64,000 bases of DNA from positions 46,015 to 110,014 of the forward strand of contig JAZQES010000075.1 of NCBI GenBank assembly GCA_045539115.1. The letters are read 5' to 3'. How positions within the stretch are numbered: position 1 is the first letter of the stretch; every line of letters begins with the position of its first letter. The notes under the pieces were generated by a model. It searched no databases and was not told the DNA's origin. It saw only the letters and a list, made by a program, of their open reading frames with translations. A program made the position numbers and the translations under genes. Shown in pieces: positions 18,704 through 29,700 of this stretch. The stretch is from Candidatus Cryptobacteroides sp. Lineage in GTDB: Bacteria > Bacteroidota > Bacteroidia > Bacteroidales > UBA932.

Positions 18704-19765
18704 ATGATCAAGGGTGGCAACAAGGTGACTATCAATGATGTGGCGAAGGCGGCCGGTGTTTCCAAAGGAACGGTCGACAGAGTTCTGCACAACAGGGGAG
18801 AAGTGTCCCGTAAGAGCAAGGAAAAGGTTCTCAAGGTGATTGAAGAACTCGGATTCAAGCCCAATCTCTATGCATCCTTGCTGGCTTCCCAGAAGGATCA
18901 TGTCATCGCATGTCTCATTCCTGAATATGCTCCCGGCGAATTCTGGTCCCTTGCGGAAAAAGGCATAACCGAAGGTGCGGGTCTTGTGGCAAGGTATGGC
19001 ATAAGGGTTCAAGTCATCAAATATGACCAGTATAGCGTGGAATCTTTCCGTAATGCGTGCTGCAAGGTGCTGGGAATCAGTCCTTCCGGAGTCATTCTTC
19101 CTCCGATGTTTGCCGATGAGACAGCCAGATTCGTATCTGAACTTTCAGAAAAGGATATCCCATATGTATATGTGGATTCGAAAATTGACGATGACAGATA
19201 TCTTGCATATTTCGGCATGCCGATGTATGAAAGCGGGCGTCTTTGTGCGTACATGCTTTCCGGAGGCCGTTCTGTGCCGGAGCATGTATATGCAGTGCGT
19301 ATCGCCAGAGACAAGGAGGGACTTTCCGATCCGACGGCGGCCAGAAGAAAAGGATTCTCAGACTTCATGTCCGAGAATTATCCTGACACGAAGGTCACCA
19401 ACGTATTCATCGATCCGAAGGATCCGGAGTCTATCATGGCACGACTCGATTCCACAATCGGTTCGGGCCAGGGAGAACGCTTTGTTGTCATGTTCAATTC
19501 CAGGATACACATCGTGGCAGATTATCTGGAAGAACGTAATATAGACGGATGTCGTGTAATCGGATTCGACTGTCTGGAAAAGAATCTCGAAGCATTGAAG
19601 AAAGGACATGTCGATGCCCTGATAGCCCAGCATACAGACATGCAGGCTGTAAATGCGGTCAACGTCCTGGCTGACTACATAATCCTCGGCACTCCGCCAG
19701 TACGTAAGGACAACTATACGCAGATGGATATCCTGAACATTTATAATTGCGACTATTATCTTTGA
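18704..19765 (+). CDS. LacI-family transcriptional regulator (KdgR-like by context)
   Basis: HTH VTINDVAKAAGVSKGTVDRVLHNRG plus a periplasmic-binding-protein-like effector domain; divergent from kdgK-eda. Confidence 0.92.
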   Translation: MIKGGNKVTINDVAKAAGVSKGTVDRVLHNRGEVSRKSKEKVLKVIEELGFKPNLYASLLASQKDHVIACLIPEYAPGEFWSLAEKGITEGAGLVARYGIRVQVIKYDQYSVESFRNACCKVLGISPSGVILPPMFADETARFVSELSEKDIPYVYVDSKIDDDRYLAYFGMPMYESGRLCAYMLSGGRSVPEHVYAVRIARDKEGLSDPTAARRKGFSDFMSENYPDTKVTNVFIDPKDPESIMARLDSTIGSGQGERFVVMFNSRIHIVADYLEERNIDGCRVIGFDCLEKNLEALKKGHVDALIAQHTDMQAVNAVNVLADYIILGTPPVRKDNYTQMDILNIYNCDYYL

Positions 19766-19767
19766 TT

Positions 19768-21159
19768 ATGGCAGGTTTCTTCGCTCCGCCCAAGCAGGGC
19801 GCTCCGGTTCCGGAAAACAAGATTGACAGAGTGTTCAAGTCCATGAGATTCAGAGTGTTCATGGGCTCGTTCGTGGGATATGCTGCATATTACCTGGTAC
19901 GTAAGAATCTTTCGCTGGCCTCGGCCGACATGATAGCAGAAGGCCTTATCGACAAGCAGGGCGTCGGCATAGCGGCCTCGGCAGTATCCATAGCGTATGC
20001 TTTCAGCAAGTTCATCATGGGAACTCTTTCCGACAGGTCGGATGCAAGAAAATTCCTCACAGTGGGGCTTGTCCTGGCTTCTCTGGTTATGATGGCCGTC
20101 GGCTTCCTGCCTTTCTCTACAGTGAACATGGGTCTGAACGTCGCGCTTCTGTTCGCGATCATGCTGGTTGTCGGAGTCATATCAGGAATGGGATGGCCGC
20201 CTTGCGGCAGGATCATGGCATACTGGTTCTCAAATAACGAACGCAGTTTCAAGATGTCCCTCTGGAACACGTCGCATACTTTCGGCTCGGGAACTTTGGG
20301 AATAATCGCGATATTCGGAGTCGGACTTTTTGCTGATATGGGCATTGCGCAGCCGTGGAGGGCGAATTTCATAATACCTTCGATGTTTGCGCTGCTTCTT
20401 GCGGCATTCTGCTGGTGGGCCTTGCGCGATACGCCGGAGTCATGCGGACTGCCTTCCGTGGCAGATTGGAGAAATGACCATTCCGGTGTGAAGACCAAGG
20501 AAAAGGTAGGGGAGAAGGTCCCGTTCAAGACCCAACTTTTCGATTATGTGCTGAAGAACAAATGGATATGGATGATAGCCTTCGCCAATGCTTTCGTATA
20601 TCTTGTGAGGTACGGCATAGGAGACTGGGCTCCGACATATCTCCAAGAGTCAGGCATCATGACTGCTGCGGAAAGCAAGATGGCTTTTTCTGTCCATAAT
20701 TATGTGGGTGCATTGGGTACAGTGGTGTGTGGATGGATTTCTTCAAGGTTCTTCAAGGGAAGGTGCGCACCTCCGAACATTATCTTCATGTGCCTTGTGG
20801 CGGTAGGCTGTCTGGTATATTGGCAGGTGCCCGCCATTGCTGCCGCAACAGGTATTTCTGCAAGGATATTGGTCTATATTTCCTTGATAATCATCGGATT
20901 CTGCATATATGGACCAGTTGCACTCGTCAGCATCCAGGCCTTGAATCTCGTGCCGAAGAACGCTGCCGGCACTGCTGCCGGATTTGTGGGACTCTCCGGA
21001 TATCTTCTTGGTGATTCGCTTCTTTCCAAGATCATCGTCGGAAGTCTTGCCGACAAGTCCTGGGACATGGCGAACATGGTGATAGTTGCCGGAGCGGTGC
21101 TCGGCATAATCATATGTTTCCTGACATTAAGGTCTGAAAAGAAGGCGGAAACTGCCTGA
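19768..21159 (+). CDS. glpT: MFS organophosphate:Pi antiporter (GlpT/UhpT/OPA family)
   Basis: YYLVRKN, AFSKF, GMGWPPCGR, WNTSH, VYLVRYG and IYGP motifs. Start taken at ATG 19768, 2 nt after the LacI stop. The symbol reflects the family; the substrate is unproven. Confidence 0.75.
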   Translation: MAGFFAPPKQGAPVPENKIDRVFKSMRFRVFMGSFVGYAAYYLVRKNLSLASADMIAEGLIDKQGVGIAASAVSIAYAFSKFIMGTLSDRSDARKFLTVGLVLASLVMMAVGFLPFSTVNMGLNVALLFAIMLVVGVISGMGWPPCGRIMAYWFSNNERSFKMSLWNTSHTFGSGTLGIIAIFGVGLFADMGIAQPWRANFIIPSMFALLLAAFCWWALRDTPESCGLPSVADWRNDHSGVKTKEKVGEKVPFKTQLFDYVLKNKWIWMIAFANAFVYLVRYGIGDWAPTYLQESGIMTAAESKMAFSVHNYVGALGTVVCGWISSRFFKGRCAPPNIIFMCLVAVGCLVYWQVPAIAAATGISARILVYISLIIIGFCIYGPVALVSIQALNLVPKNAAGTAAGFVGLSGYLLGDSLLSKIIVGSLADKSWDMANMVIVAGAVLGIIICFLTLRSEKKAETA

Positions 21160-21163
21160 CCGT

Positions 21164-23011
21164 CTACATGTCGTCAGTAAGTTCAAGCCATCTGAGTTCC
21201 TTTTCGTCGGTCTCCTCCATGATCTGACCGATGCGCTCGGATGCTTCCTGAAGTCTGTCGAAGGGGAGTGTACCGCTGCTGAGTTGTTCTTCAAGCCCTG
21301 CTTTTTCGAGAGCAAGTGCTTCCAGATCCTTTTCGATCTGCTCCAGTTCCTTCTGTTCCTTGTAGGTCAGTTTTTTCTTCTTCGGCTGTTTAGGCTGGCT
21401 TGACGGAACTTTCACCGCCTTTTCGGCTTTCTCCTGTGCGCGTGCCTTAGAACGCTGCTCAGCCTCATATTCCTTGATGAATTCCCTGTATTCACTGTAA
21501 CTTCCGACAAAATCCTTCACATGTCCGTCACCGCAGAATATGAACAGGTGGTCGACGAGTTTGTCAAGGAAATGTCTGTCATGTGATACTATGATCAGTG
21601 AGCCTCCGAACTCTTTCAGATAGTCTTCGAGTATGTTGAGAGTGACGATGTCAAGGTCGTTTGTCGGCTCGTCGAGGATGAGCAGATTCGGCTGCTGCAT
21701 GAGTATTGTCAGAAGGTATAGTCTGCGCTTTTCTCCGCCGCTGAGTTTCTCGATCTTGTTGTTGAGCATCTCGTGAGGGAAGAGGAAGCGGTTCAGGAGC
21801 CATGTGTCATTGACGATGTCAAGGACGGTGTCTTCCGGGTTGAAGTCCATTCCGCTCTGATGGTAGTAGCCTATCTTTATGGATTCTCCTCGTTCGATCA
21901 CGCCGGTCATAAGGCCGGGCATGCTTCCGCCGGTTTCCATCTTGCCGTATTCTTCGGGATCCGTGCATACCATTTCGGGTGTGTAATTCCCGGTGATTAT
22001 GTTCAGGAATGTAGACTTTCCTGCACCGTTGCGGCCTACGATTCCGACCTTCTCATATCTCTGGAAATTGTATGTGAAACCGTCCAGATAGCATTTGTCA
22101 CCATAATAGAAACTGAGGTCCTTGCAGTTGACGATCTTTGTTCCCATCCTCGTCGTTCCCTTCATCGCCTCCATGCTCACCTGTTTCTGTGTATATACCT
22201 GTGAAGCCCTGTCCTTCAGGTCGTAGAATGCGTTTATCCTGTAACGTGCCTTGCCGGTACGTGCACATGGAGTGCTTCTGATCCATTCAAGTTCCCGCCT
22301 GAGTATATTGCGGACCTTGTCGGTCTCGGCGTTATAGTTCGCTATCCTTTCTTCGCGTTTTTCAAGATAGTTCTGGTAGTTTCCCTTGTAGGTGTATACC
22401 GCTCCGTGGTCCATTTCCATTACAGTGTTGCATACCCTGTCAAGGAAATATCTGTCATGCGTCACCATGAAGAGGGTGCAGCGTGACCTGCTCAGATAGC
22501 CTTCCAGAAATTCTATCGCGTCTATGTCGAGGTGGTTGGTCGGCTCGTCCATTATGAAGAACTCCGCCTCGGTTGCAAGCATCTGTGTGAGGGCTACTCT
22601 TTTTACTTCACCTCCGGATAGTTCCTTCATCTTCTGGTCCGGATCGTCGAGGTTGAAGTTTGTCAGGAACTTGACAACACGACGCTCATATTCCCACAGC
22701 CTTTCCTGGTCGAGGTCCTTCGTGAATTCCGTACTTGAACTCATGATCTGGTCGAATATGCTCTTTTCCGGATCGAAGTCGTATTCCTGCTCCAGGAAGG
22801 CTATCTTGATGTCTTTCAGGAACATGATCTTTCCGCCAGAGTCTGACTTGTCTTTACCGGCAAGAATCTTCATTAGCGATGTCTTGCCTGTGCCGTTAGG
22901 GGCGATCAGCGCGATCTTGTCTCCCTCGTTTATGTTGAAGCCTATCTTCTCGAAAAGGACCTTGGGCCCATAACTCTTGGAAATGTTCTCTATCTGGAGA
23001 TAACTTGCCAT
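21164..23011 (-). CDS. ABC-F family ATPase (Uup-like)
   Basis: Two ABC domains (APNGTGKT/LSGGE/DEPTNHLD and GRNGAGKS/LSGGE/DEPTNDLD), no transmembrane segments, C-terminal KKKLTYKEQKE coiled coil. Start moved to MASYLQIENISK at 23011. Confidence 0.92.
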   Translation of the reverse strand: MASYLQIENISKSYGPKVLFEKIGFNINEGDKIALIAPNGTGKTSLMKILAGKDKSDSGGKIMFLKDIKIAFLEQEYDFDPEKSIFDQIMSSSTEFTKDLDQERLWEYERRVVKFLTNFNLDDPDQKMKELSGGEVKRVALTQMLATEAEFFIMDEPTNHLDIDAIEFLEGYLSRSRCTLFMVTHDRYFLDRVCNTVMEMDHGAVYTYKGNYQNYLEKREERIANYNAETDKVRNILRRELEWIRSTPCARTGKARYRINAFYDLKDRASQVYTQKQVSMEAMKGTTRMGTKIVNCKDLSFYYGDKCYLDGFTYNFQRYEKVGIVGRNGAGKSTFLNIITGNYTPEMVCTDPEEYGKMETGGSMPGLMTGVIERGESIKIGYYHQSGMDFNPEDTVLDIVNDTWLLNRFLFPHEMLNNKIEKLSGGEKRRLYLLTILMQQPNLLILDEPTNDLDIVTLNILEDYLKEFGGSLIIVSHDRHFLDKLVDHLFIFCGDGHVKDFVGSYSEYREFIKEYEAEQRSKARAQEKAEKAVKVPSSQPKQPKKKKLTYKEQKELEQIEKDLEALALEKAGLEEQLSSGTLPFDRLQEASERIGQIMEETDEKELRWLELTDDM

Positions 23012-23049
23012 AAATTCTTTCTGGAATGCGTTTATCAGACAAAGATACG

Positions 23050-23077
23050 AAAAGAGACCGGTTTTTTGCCGGTCTCT
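23050..23077 (-). terminator. Intrinsic terminator after rubrerythrin
   Basis: AGAGACCGG/CCGGTCTCT stem followed by TTTT on the minus strand. Confidence 0.75.
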
Positions 23078-23101
23078 GCTCAAAAATGGTCTATATGTGT
23101 C

Positions 23102-23656
23102 TTACTTCTTGAAGTAGCGGTTGAAAAGTCCCTGGAATCCTGCTCCGTGGCGAGCCTCGTCCTTGCACATCTCATGAACTGTGTCGTGGATTGCATCGAG
23201 GTTCTGCTGCTTGGCAAGTGTAGCGATCCTCTTCTTGTCCTCGCATGCGCCCTGCTCTGCAAGCATTCTCTTCTCAACATTTGTCTTTGTGTCCCATACG
23301 CACTCACCGAGAAGTTCAGCGAACTTTGCGGCATGCTCGGCCTCTTCCCATGCATATCTCTTGAATGCCTCAGCGATTTCAGGATAGCCTTCCCTGTCAG
23401 CCTGACGGCTCATCGCCAGGTACATTCCTACCTCTGAGCACTCTCCTGCGAAGTGGTCACGAAGTCCCTTGATGATTTCCGGATCGACGTTCTTTGCAAC
23501 ACCGAGTCTGTGCTCGTCAGCCCAGGTGAGTTCGCCTGTAATCTCCTCGAGTTCCTCGAAGTTCTCAGGTCCTACGTGGCACAATGGGCACTCCTCAGGA
23601 GCATTTTCACCTTCATGAATATAACCGCATACCAGGCATCTGAATTTCTTTGTCAT
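23102..23656 (-). CDS. Reverse rubrerythrin (N-terminal rubredoxin, C-terminal di-iron domain; NADH peroxidase-like)
   Basis: CLVCGY...CPLC at the N-terminus; diiron ligands GECSE, EEAEHA, AEQGA and KDEARH. Confidence 0.92.
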   Translation of the reverse strand: MTKKFRCLVCGYIHEGENAPEECPLCHVGPENFEELEEITGELTWADEHRLGVAKNVDPEIIKGLRDHFAGECSEVGMYLAMSRQADREGYPEIAEAFKRYAWEEAEHAAKFAELLGECVWDTKTNVEKRMLAEQGACEDKKRIATLAKQQNLDAIHDTVHEMCKDEARHGAGFQGLFNRYFKK

Positions 23657-23675
23657 AGTAGTTTCCTTTTAATTG

Positions 23676-23726
23676 TTTATAATTTCTAATTTTGAATAAT
23701 TCTAATTTGTTTCTGTTGCAAAGGTA
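23676..23726 (-). promoter_or_regulatory. Rubrerythrin promoter with two tandem Fur/PerR-like boxes downstream of the -7 box
   Basis: -7 box TACCTTTG (23726-23719); minus strand TTAGAATTATTCAAA (23705-23691) and ATTAGAAATTATAAA (23690-23676). Confidence 0.5.
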
Positions 23727-23865
23727 GGTAAAAAATCGATACTTCCAAATATTTTCGTTACAAATTTACAAAAAATCAGTATAAATTTATGAAATCGGAA
23801 TATTTCCCAAAGATGTGCTATGGTTTGGCAATCAAAAAGACTAAATTTGCATAAAATCAATAGAT

Positions 23866-26778
23866 ATGACGCCATTTCTGAAACAGGTCGCAGACCATTA
23901 TTATAATAAAGGTGACATCGGAAGACGTTGCTTCATTTTTCCTAACCGTCGTTCTATGGTGTTTTTCAGAAAACATCTCGCCGATGCGGTTAAGGATGTG
24001 CCTCTGCTGGCCCCGCAGATGCTTACGATAAATGATTTCTTCGGCAGGGTTTCCGGTCTCCATCCTGCGGACAGAGTGCGTCTTCTTCTCGAACTATACG
24101 AATGTTACCGCAAAATCAATCCGAAGGCTGAATCCCTTGATGAATTCATCTTCTGGGGCGATGTCATTCTAGGTGACTTCAATGATGCGGACAAATATCT
24201 GGTCAATCCGAAACAACTTTTTGCCAATGTCTCTGACTATAAGGCACTTCAGGATACTTTTGAGTACCTTACGGAAACCCAGCGTGAGGCTATAAAGGGC
24301 TTCCTCAGCCATTTCAACGACCGTTCAGGCAAACTTACAGTCGACTTGGGCAGCGACGACCCGGATGTGAAGGAGCGTTTCCTTCAGATATGGAACATAC
24401 TTTATCCTTTATATGCCGGTTTCAATGAAACTCTGTCTGCCAAAGGAATGGCATATGAAGGCATGGTGTACAGGAGTCTTGCCGTAAGGCTCAAAGAAAA
24501 CGGTGCAGAAGATGTCTTCAAGGGACTGTTTCCTGATGATGCTGTCTTTGTATTCGTGGGTCTCAATGCCTTGAATGAATGTGAGAAGGTGCTTCTCAGG
24601 AAACTCCGTGACTGCGGCAGGGCGGAGTTCTGCTGGGATTGGTCAGGTGACATGATCAGGGATCCTCAGAACCGTTCTTCCTTCTTCATGGCGGATAATG
24701 TCATGGAATTTCCGCAGGCTGCTCATTGGGATCCGGAGGGTCTTGCCGTTCCGGAAATCAATGTGGTCAGCGTGGCGTCGTCTGCCGGACAGGCCAAAAG
24801 GCTTCCGGATATTCTCAGACAGAGGGCCGGCACCCCGGAAGACTGTGCTGTGGTGCTTCCTGACGAGAATCTTCTGAGGTCTGTCCTTAATTCCATTCCG
24901 GAGGAAATCCAGGATATCAACGTTACCATGGGTCTGCCTATGAACGGCAGTCTGATGTATGCGATGATGTCCGACATTGCAGCGATTCAGATGCATACCG
25001 TCTGTCGTAACGGGGTCTGGATGTTCTATCACAGGCAGGTATGGGACCTCTTTGCAGGCGAAGTGTTCAGAAAGGCGGCAGACGTGAAGACGATGGAAAT
25101 CGTGGCAAAGGTCAAGGAGAATGCGAAGTATTACATTCCTGTCGAGGAACTCCGCGGTTCGGCCCTTCTGGATGTGATATTCCGTCCGGTGGTGACAGAC
25201 CCGAAGGCTGTTTCCAGGAAGCAGATAGATGCATTTGCCGAGTATCAGAAGGAGGTCTTGAAGACCGTTGCTCCAGCCATTGCGGACGACGGCTCACTAG
25301 CCCTGGAACTTGAATATGCCAAGGAATATTACAAGGCGGTGAATCTTCTTCAGGAAATAGGTCTGGAAGTGCTTCCGGTGACATATGTAAGGCTTATGAG
25401 CCAGTTGCTCGGCTCCGTTTCGGTACCTTTCAAGGGTGAGCCCCTGAAGGGCTTGCAGATAATGGGACCGCTTGAGACTCGTGCCCTGGATTTCCGTAAC
25501 CTTGTCATAATGTCGGCAAACGAGGGCGTATTCCCGCATAGAAGCGTGAGTTCTTCATTCATTCCGCCTGAGTTGAGGAAAGGGTTCGGTATGCCTACTT
25601 ATGAATATCAGGATGCTATATGGGCATATTATTTCTACAGGATGATATGCAGGGCGGAAAAGGTGTGGATGCTTGTGGATTCCCGTACGGAAGGGTTGAA
25701 GTCGGGTGAAGAAAGCCGTTATATCAAGCAACTTGAATATCACTTCGGAGTGGATCTGAACAGATATGTCGTAAAGTTCGACAGCATGAAGACCGCTCAG
25801 TTGCAGGATATTGCGAAGACGGAAGAAGATGTGGCTGTCATCAAGGATACGGTTCTGTCCGCTACTGTCCTGCAGAATTATCTGGCATGTCCGGCCAGGT
25901 TCTATTATGGGACTGTCAGGAAACTGAAACCGGAAGAGGAGGTTGCGGAATCGCTGGACTATGGCATGTTCGGCACCGTCTTTCATGACACCATGCGTGC
26001 CATATATACTTCGGAAGAAGCGATGGACCCGGCCTTCGTGTTCGATGAAAGAGCAGTGAACCATGGACTGAAGCATCCGCCTCTTGACAGGATAAGCCGT
26101 TCATATATAGATGATTGGACTGGAAGGCCTGATGAAATCAAGGCGAAGGTAAAGGCTTTGATAATGTCCCAGTTGAACACCATCGAGGTGAGCGGCAGGA
26201 ATCTGGTAGTCGCTGATGTGATTGTCAGATATGTGGTGATGACCTTGAAGCGTGACCTTGCACTTCTAAAGAAGGAGGGGAAGGACAGTTTTGAAATCCT
26301 TGGCCGTGAAATCAATGTGAGAGGGGAGTTCCGCGGACAGAAATTCAAGGGATTCATAGACCGTCTGGACAGTTTCGACGGGATCTCTGCCCGAGTGGTC
26401 GATTACAAGACGGGCAAGGTGCTGGATGATGATGAGAACATCAATGACGCCAATGCGGAGGAGATAGCGGAGAAGATATTCCATCCTGACATGAAGAACT
26501 GGCCGAAGATTGCCCTTCAGTTCTACATCTATGACATGCTGGTAGGGTCCAGGCCGGAGGCTGCGGGCAGAAAGATATGCAACTGCATATATTCCACTTC
26601 GCGTCTTTTCAAGGAGGCTCCGGTGACTTACCCCCTGAATCAGAAGTTCTTTGATGCGGTTTCAGACCATCTGGAGAAACTTCTTGAAGAGATGTATGAT
26701 ACTGATGTGCCGTTCAGACGGACAGAGGACGAAAAGGTATGCACTTATTGCGATTTCAGGATGATATGCGGCCGATGA
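23866..26778 (+). CDS. AddB-like PD-(D/E)XK nuclease subunit of a helicase-nuclease
   Basis: IFPNRRS, MGPLETRALDF, LSATVLQNYLACPARFYY, GFIDRLD, VVDYKTG and C-terminal CTYCDFRMIC. A -7 box TAAATTTG lies at 23842-23849. Confidence 0.88.
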   Translation: MTPFLKQVADHYYNKGDIGRRCFIFPNRRSMVFFRKHLADAVKDVPLLAPQMLTINDFFGRVSGLHPADRVRLLLELYECYRKINPKAESLDEFIFWGDVILGDFNDADKYLVNPKQLFANVSDYKALQDTFEYLTETQREAIKGFLSHFNDRSGKLTVDLGSDDPDVKERFLQIWNILYPLYAGFNETLSAKGMAYEGMVYRSLAVRLKENGAEDVFKGLFPDDAVFVFVGLNALNECEKVLLRKLRDCGRAEFCWDWSGDMIRDPQNRSSFFMADNVMEFPQAAHWDPEGLAVPEINVVSVASSAGQAKRLPDILRQRAGTPEDCAVVLPDENLLRSVLNSIPEEIQDINVTMGLPMNGSLMYAMMSDIAAIQMHTVCRNGVWMFYHRQVWDLFAGEVFRKAADVKTMEIVAKVKENAKYYIPVEELRGSALLDVIFRPVVTDPKAVSRKQIDAFAEYQKEVLKTVAPAIADDGSLALELEYAKEYYKAVNLLQEIGLEVLPVTYVRLMSQLLGSVSVPFKGEPLKGLQIMGPLETRALDFRNLVIMSANEGVFPHRSVSSSFIPPELRKGFGMPTYEYQDAIWAYYFYRMICRAEKVWMLVDSRTEGLKSGEESRYIKQLEYHFGVDLNRYVVKFDSMKTAQLQDIAKTEEDVAVIKDTVLSATVLQNYLACPARFYYGTVRKLKPEEEVAESLDYGMFGTVFHDTMRAIYTSEEAMDPAFVFDERAVNHGLKHPPLDRISRSYIDDWTGRPDEIKAKVKALIMSQLNTIEVSGRNLVVADVIVRYVVMTLKRDLALLKKEGKDSFEILGREINVRGEFRGQKFKGFIDRLDSFDGISARVVDYKTGKVLDDDENINDANAEEIAEKIFHPDMKNWPKIALQFYIYDMLVGSRPEAAGRKICNCIYSTSRLFKEAPVTYPLNQKFFDAVSDHLEKLLEEMYDTDVPFRRTEDEKVCTYCDFRMICGR

Positions 26779-26798
26779 ACATTTAAAGGATTGAAAGT

Positions 26799-29700
26799 AT
26801 GCTTGAGATAATGAAGGCTTCTGCGGGCTCTGGAAAGACATACAGGCTTGCAAGAAAATATATATCGCTTCTTTTGGAAAGCAATGACAGATATGCTTAC
26901 AGGCATATTCTTGCCGTAACATTCACAAACAAGGCTACGGACGAGATGAAGAGCAGGATACTCAAGGAACTGCACATCCTGTCCGTGGATCCGTGCAGGT
27001 CTGACTATCATGACCATTTCGTTCCTTCTGTCTTTGCGTCAGATGAAGACCTCGGCAGGAAGGCCGGAATGGTTCTCAGTGACATCCTTCACGATTACAG
27101 TGCATTCGCAGTCAGCACGATAGACAAGTTCTTCCAGCAGACTCTCAAGGCCTTTTCACGTGAGATAGGCCAGTTTGCGTCATATCAGGTGGAACTGGAC
27201 AAGGATTCTCTAGTGGCTGAGAGCGTTGACCGTATATTGGATTCATTGACCGAGGATGATTCTAATCTACTGGCCTGGCTGACTGACAATGTCCTTGAAC
27301 AGATTGAGCAAGGCGGCCGATACAGCATGGACGCCAATCTTCTGGAAATGGCTAAGAGACTCAAATCGGCACAGAGACAGGAAGCGATGACGCAGGCAGG
27401 ATTGAAGGATGATATGGATTATCCAAAGGATAAACTTTTGGAAATAAGACAGATATGCCGTAAAATCGTCAAGGATTTCTCTGAGGCGGTCAAGAGTGCA
27501 GCCGATGCGGCCCTTTCGATTGTCGAAGAAGCCGGGGTCGATCCGGCAGAAAGCAACAGAGGATTCCTCAAGGCTTTGTACGCATATTCCGAGTTGGAGG
27601 AGGGGGACAGGATAGAGATGCCGTCAGCAGCGTTCATGTCGAAGGCTTCCGATCATGAGCAGTGGTTCGCCAAGTCCAAGGCAGCGAAACTGAAACCTCT
27701 CGTATATCCGTTCCTGGAAGCCCCTCTGGAAGAGTTCTGCACCCTTTTCGACAAGGAATTCAAGGTGTACAATACCGCCCTGATCCTTGACGGACAGTTG
27801 TACGGACTGGGAGTTTCCGGAGAATTGAGCCGTACATTCAAGGAAATCATGAAGGAGAAGAACGTCCTCTGCATTGATGATTCCAACACTATTCTCCGTG
27901 ACATAATAGATGGTTCGGATGCACCTTTTGTCTATGAGAAACTGGGTGTGAGGTATGAGCATTTCCTTCTGGATGAGTTTCAGGATACGGCCAACGTGCA
28001 GTGGAGCAATTTCAGTCCTCTTCTTCGTGAGAGTAATTCGAAGGGAGGTGACAATCTTATTGTCGGTGATGTCAAGCAGAGCATCTACCGTTGGAGAGGG
28101 TCGGACTGGAAACTTCTGAACGATACGGTTCCCGGTGAATTTCCTGAACATCATGAGGAAGTGCTTGACACTAATTACAGAAGTCTGTTCAATATCGTCA
28201 AATTCAACAATCTCTTCTTCAAGTCGGCAGCCCTTGTGCTGGATATGATGAACGGTTTGAAGAATTGCGGACCTATATCTGAAATATATTCGGATGTATG
28301 TCAGAATGTCGGAAAGAAATCTGAGGAAAAAGGAAACGTCAGCGTCACATTCTGTCCTAAGGAGGAAGAACTTCAGAAGGTTCTTGAAGCGGTAGGGGAA
28401 GCACGTTCCAATGGTGCTGGCCTTTCGGATATAGCGGTTCTTGTCAGAAGCAACGCTTCAGGCGAAGATGTTGCCATGTATCTGATAGATAACGGTATAC
28501 CTGTGATGACGGATGACTCTTTACGCGTGAAGAGTTCCATGACTGTGCGCCGTCTGGTTTCGCTGATGTCATATGCTGACAATCCTCAGGACACCGTAAG
28601 CGGCTATCTTGCGCAGTCTCTTGACATCACTGTCCCTCAAGGCTGCAGTTCCCTTACGGACATGGCTGAGTCTTTTTTCAGGAGTCTGAAAGCAAAGGAT
28701 TCTGAGGAAATATGGAAAGGGGAGATACTGCATATTCAGTCTTTCTTCGACCATGTGCAGGATTATGTCGCTTCAAACGGTAACAGTCTCCGAGGCTTCC
28801 TGAAATATTGGGAGGATGAAGATCCGTCCATCAGTTCTCCGTCTTCCGGCGAAAGTGTCAGGGTGATGACCATCCATAAATCAAAGGGTCTGGACTTTCC
28901 TTATGTGATAATTCCGTTTGCTGAAAACATAACACTCTATAAGGCAGGTAATTACTGGTGTGTTCCGGAACTCTCCGATACTCCTTTGTCAGGTGTGGCG
29001 GACGGTGTATATGATGTGACTTTGTCAAAGTCATCAGACAACACGCTGTTTGCGGAGGATTACAGGAAGGAGAACTTTCTCCAGCAGGTTGACAATATCA
29101 ACACCATTTATGTTGCGATGACAAGAGCCGCTTTGGGCATGCATATCATTGCAAAGACTCCATCGGCAAAGTGCATGAAGGCTCTTGAATCAGGTGATCT
29201 TACGCAGATATCGGATTTTTCCCAGATGCTTTATTGGTTTGCAAGCACATCGTGTGTAGGTGATGTCCCCGGGAACGAGGAACTTGTTCCGCCTTTCAAG
29301 GTGACCCGAAGCGTTTCGGATGACGGAACGGAAAGGTTCGATGTCGGAACCATGACGGATTTCGGACTTCATCGCAAGGAAGACAAGAGTGCATACGGTA
29401 CATTTGAAATCGGGGATGCTGACTGGCTTCCTTCTGTGCCGCTCAATCCGGATACATCGGATCCGGATGTAGATGTCCGTGAAAGGGGACGTCTGAAATT
29501 TACTGCAGATGCTCTGGATTTCTTCTCAGATGAAGGAGAAGCCGGAATGGCTGCATCAAACAGAATAAAAGGAGTCGTGCTTCATGACATTCTCTCTGGA
29601 GTCACTGTTCCAGAGGATTTGGAAAGTGCTGTGCGTCAGTCTGTTCTGAACGGGGATGTGACTGTCTCAGAGGCTGATGAGGCCATGAAACTGCTGTCTG

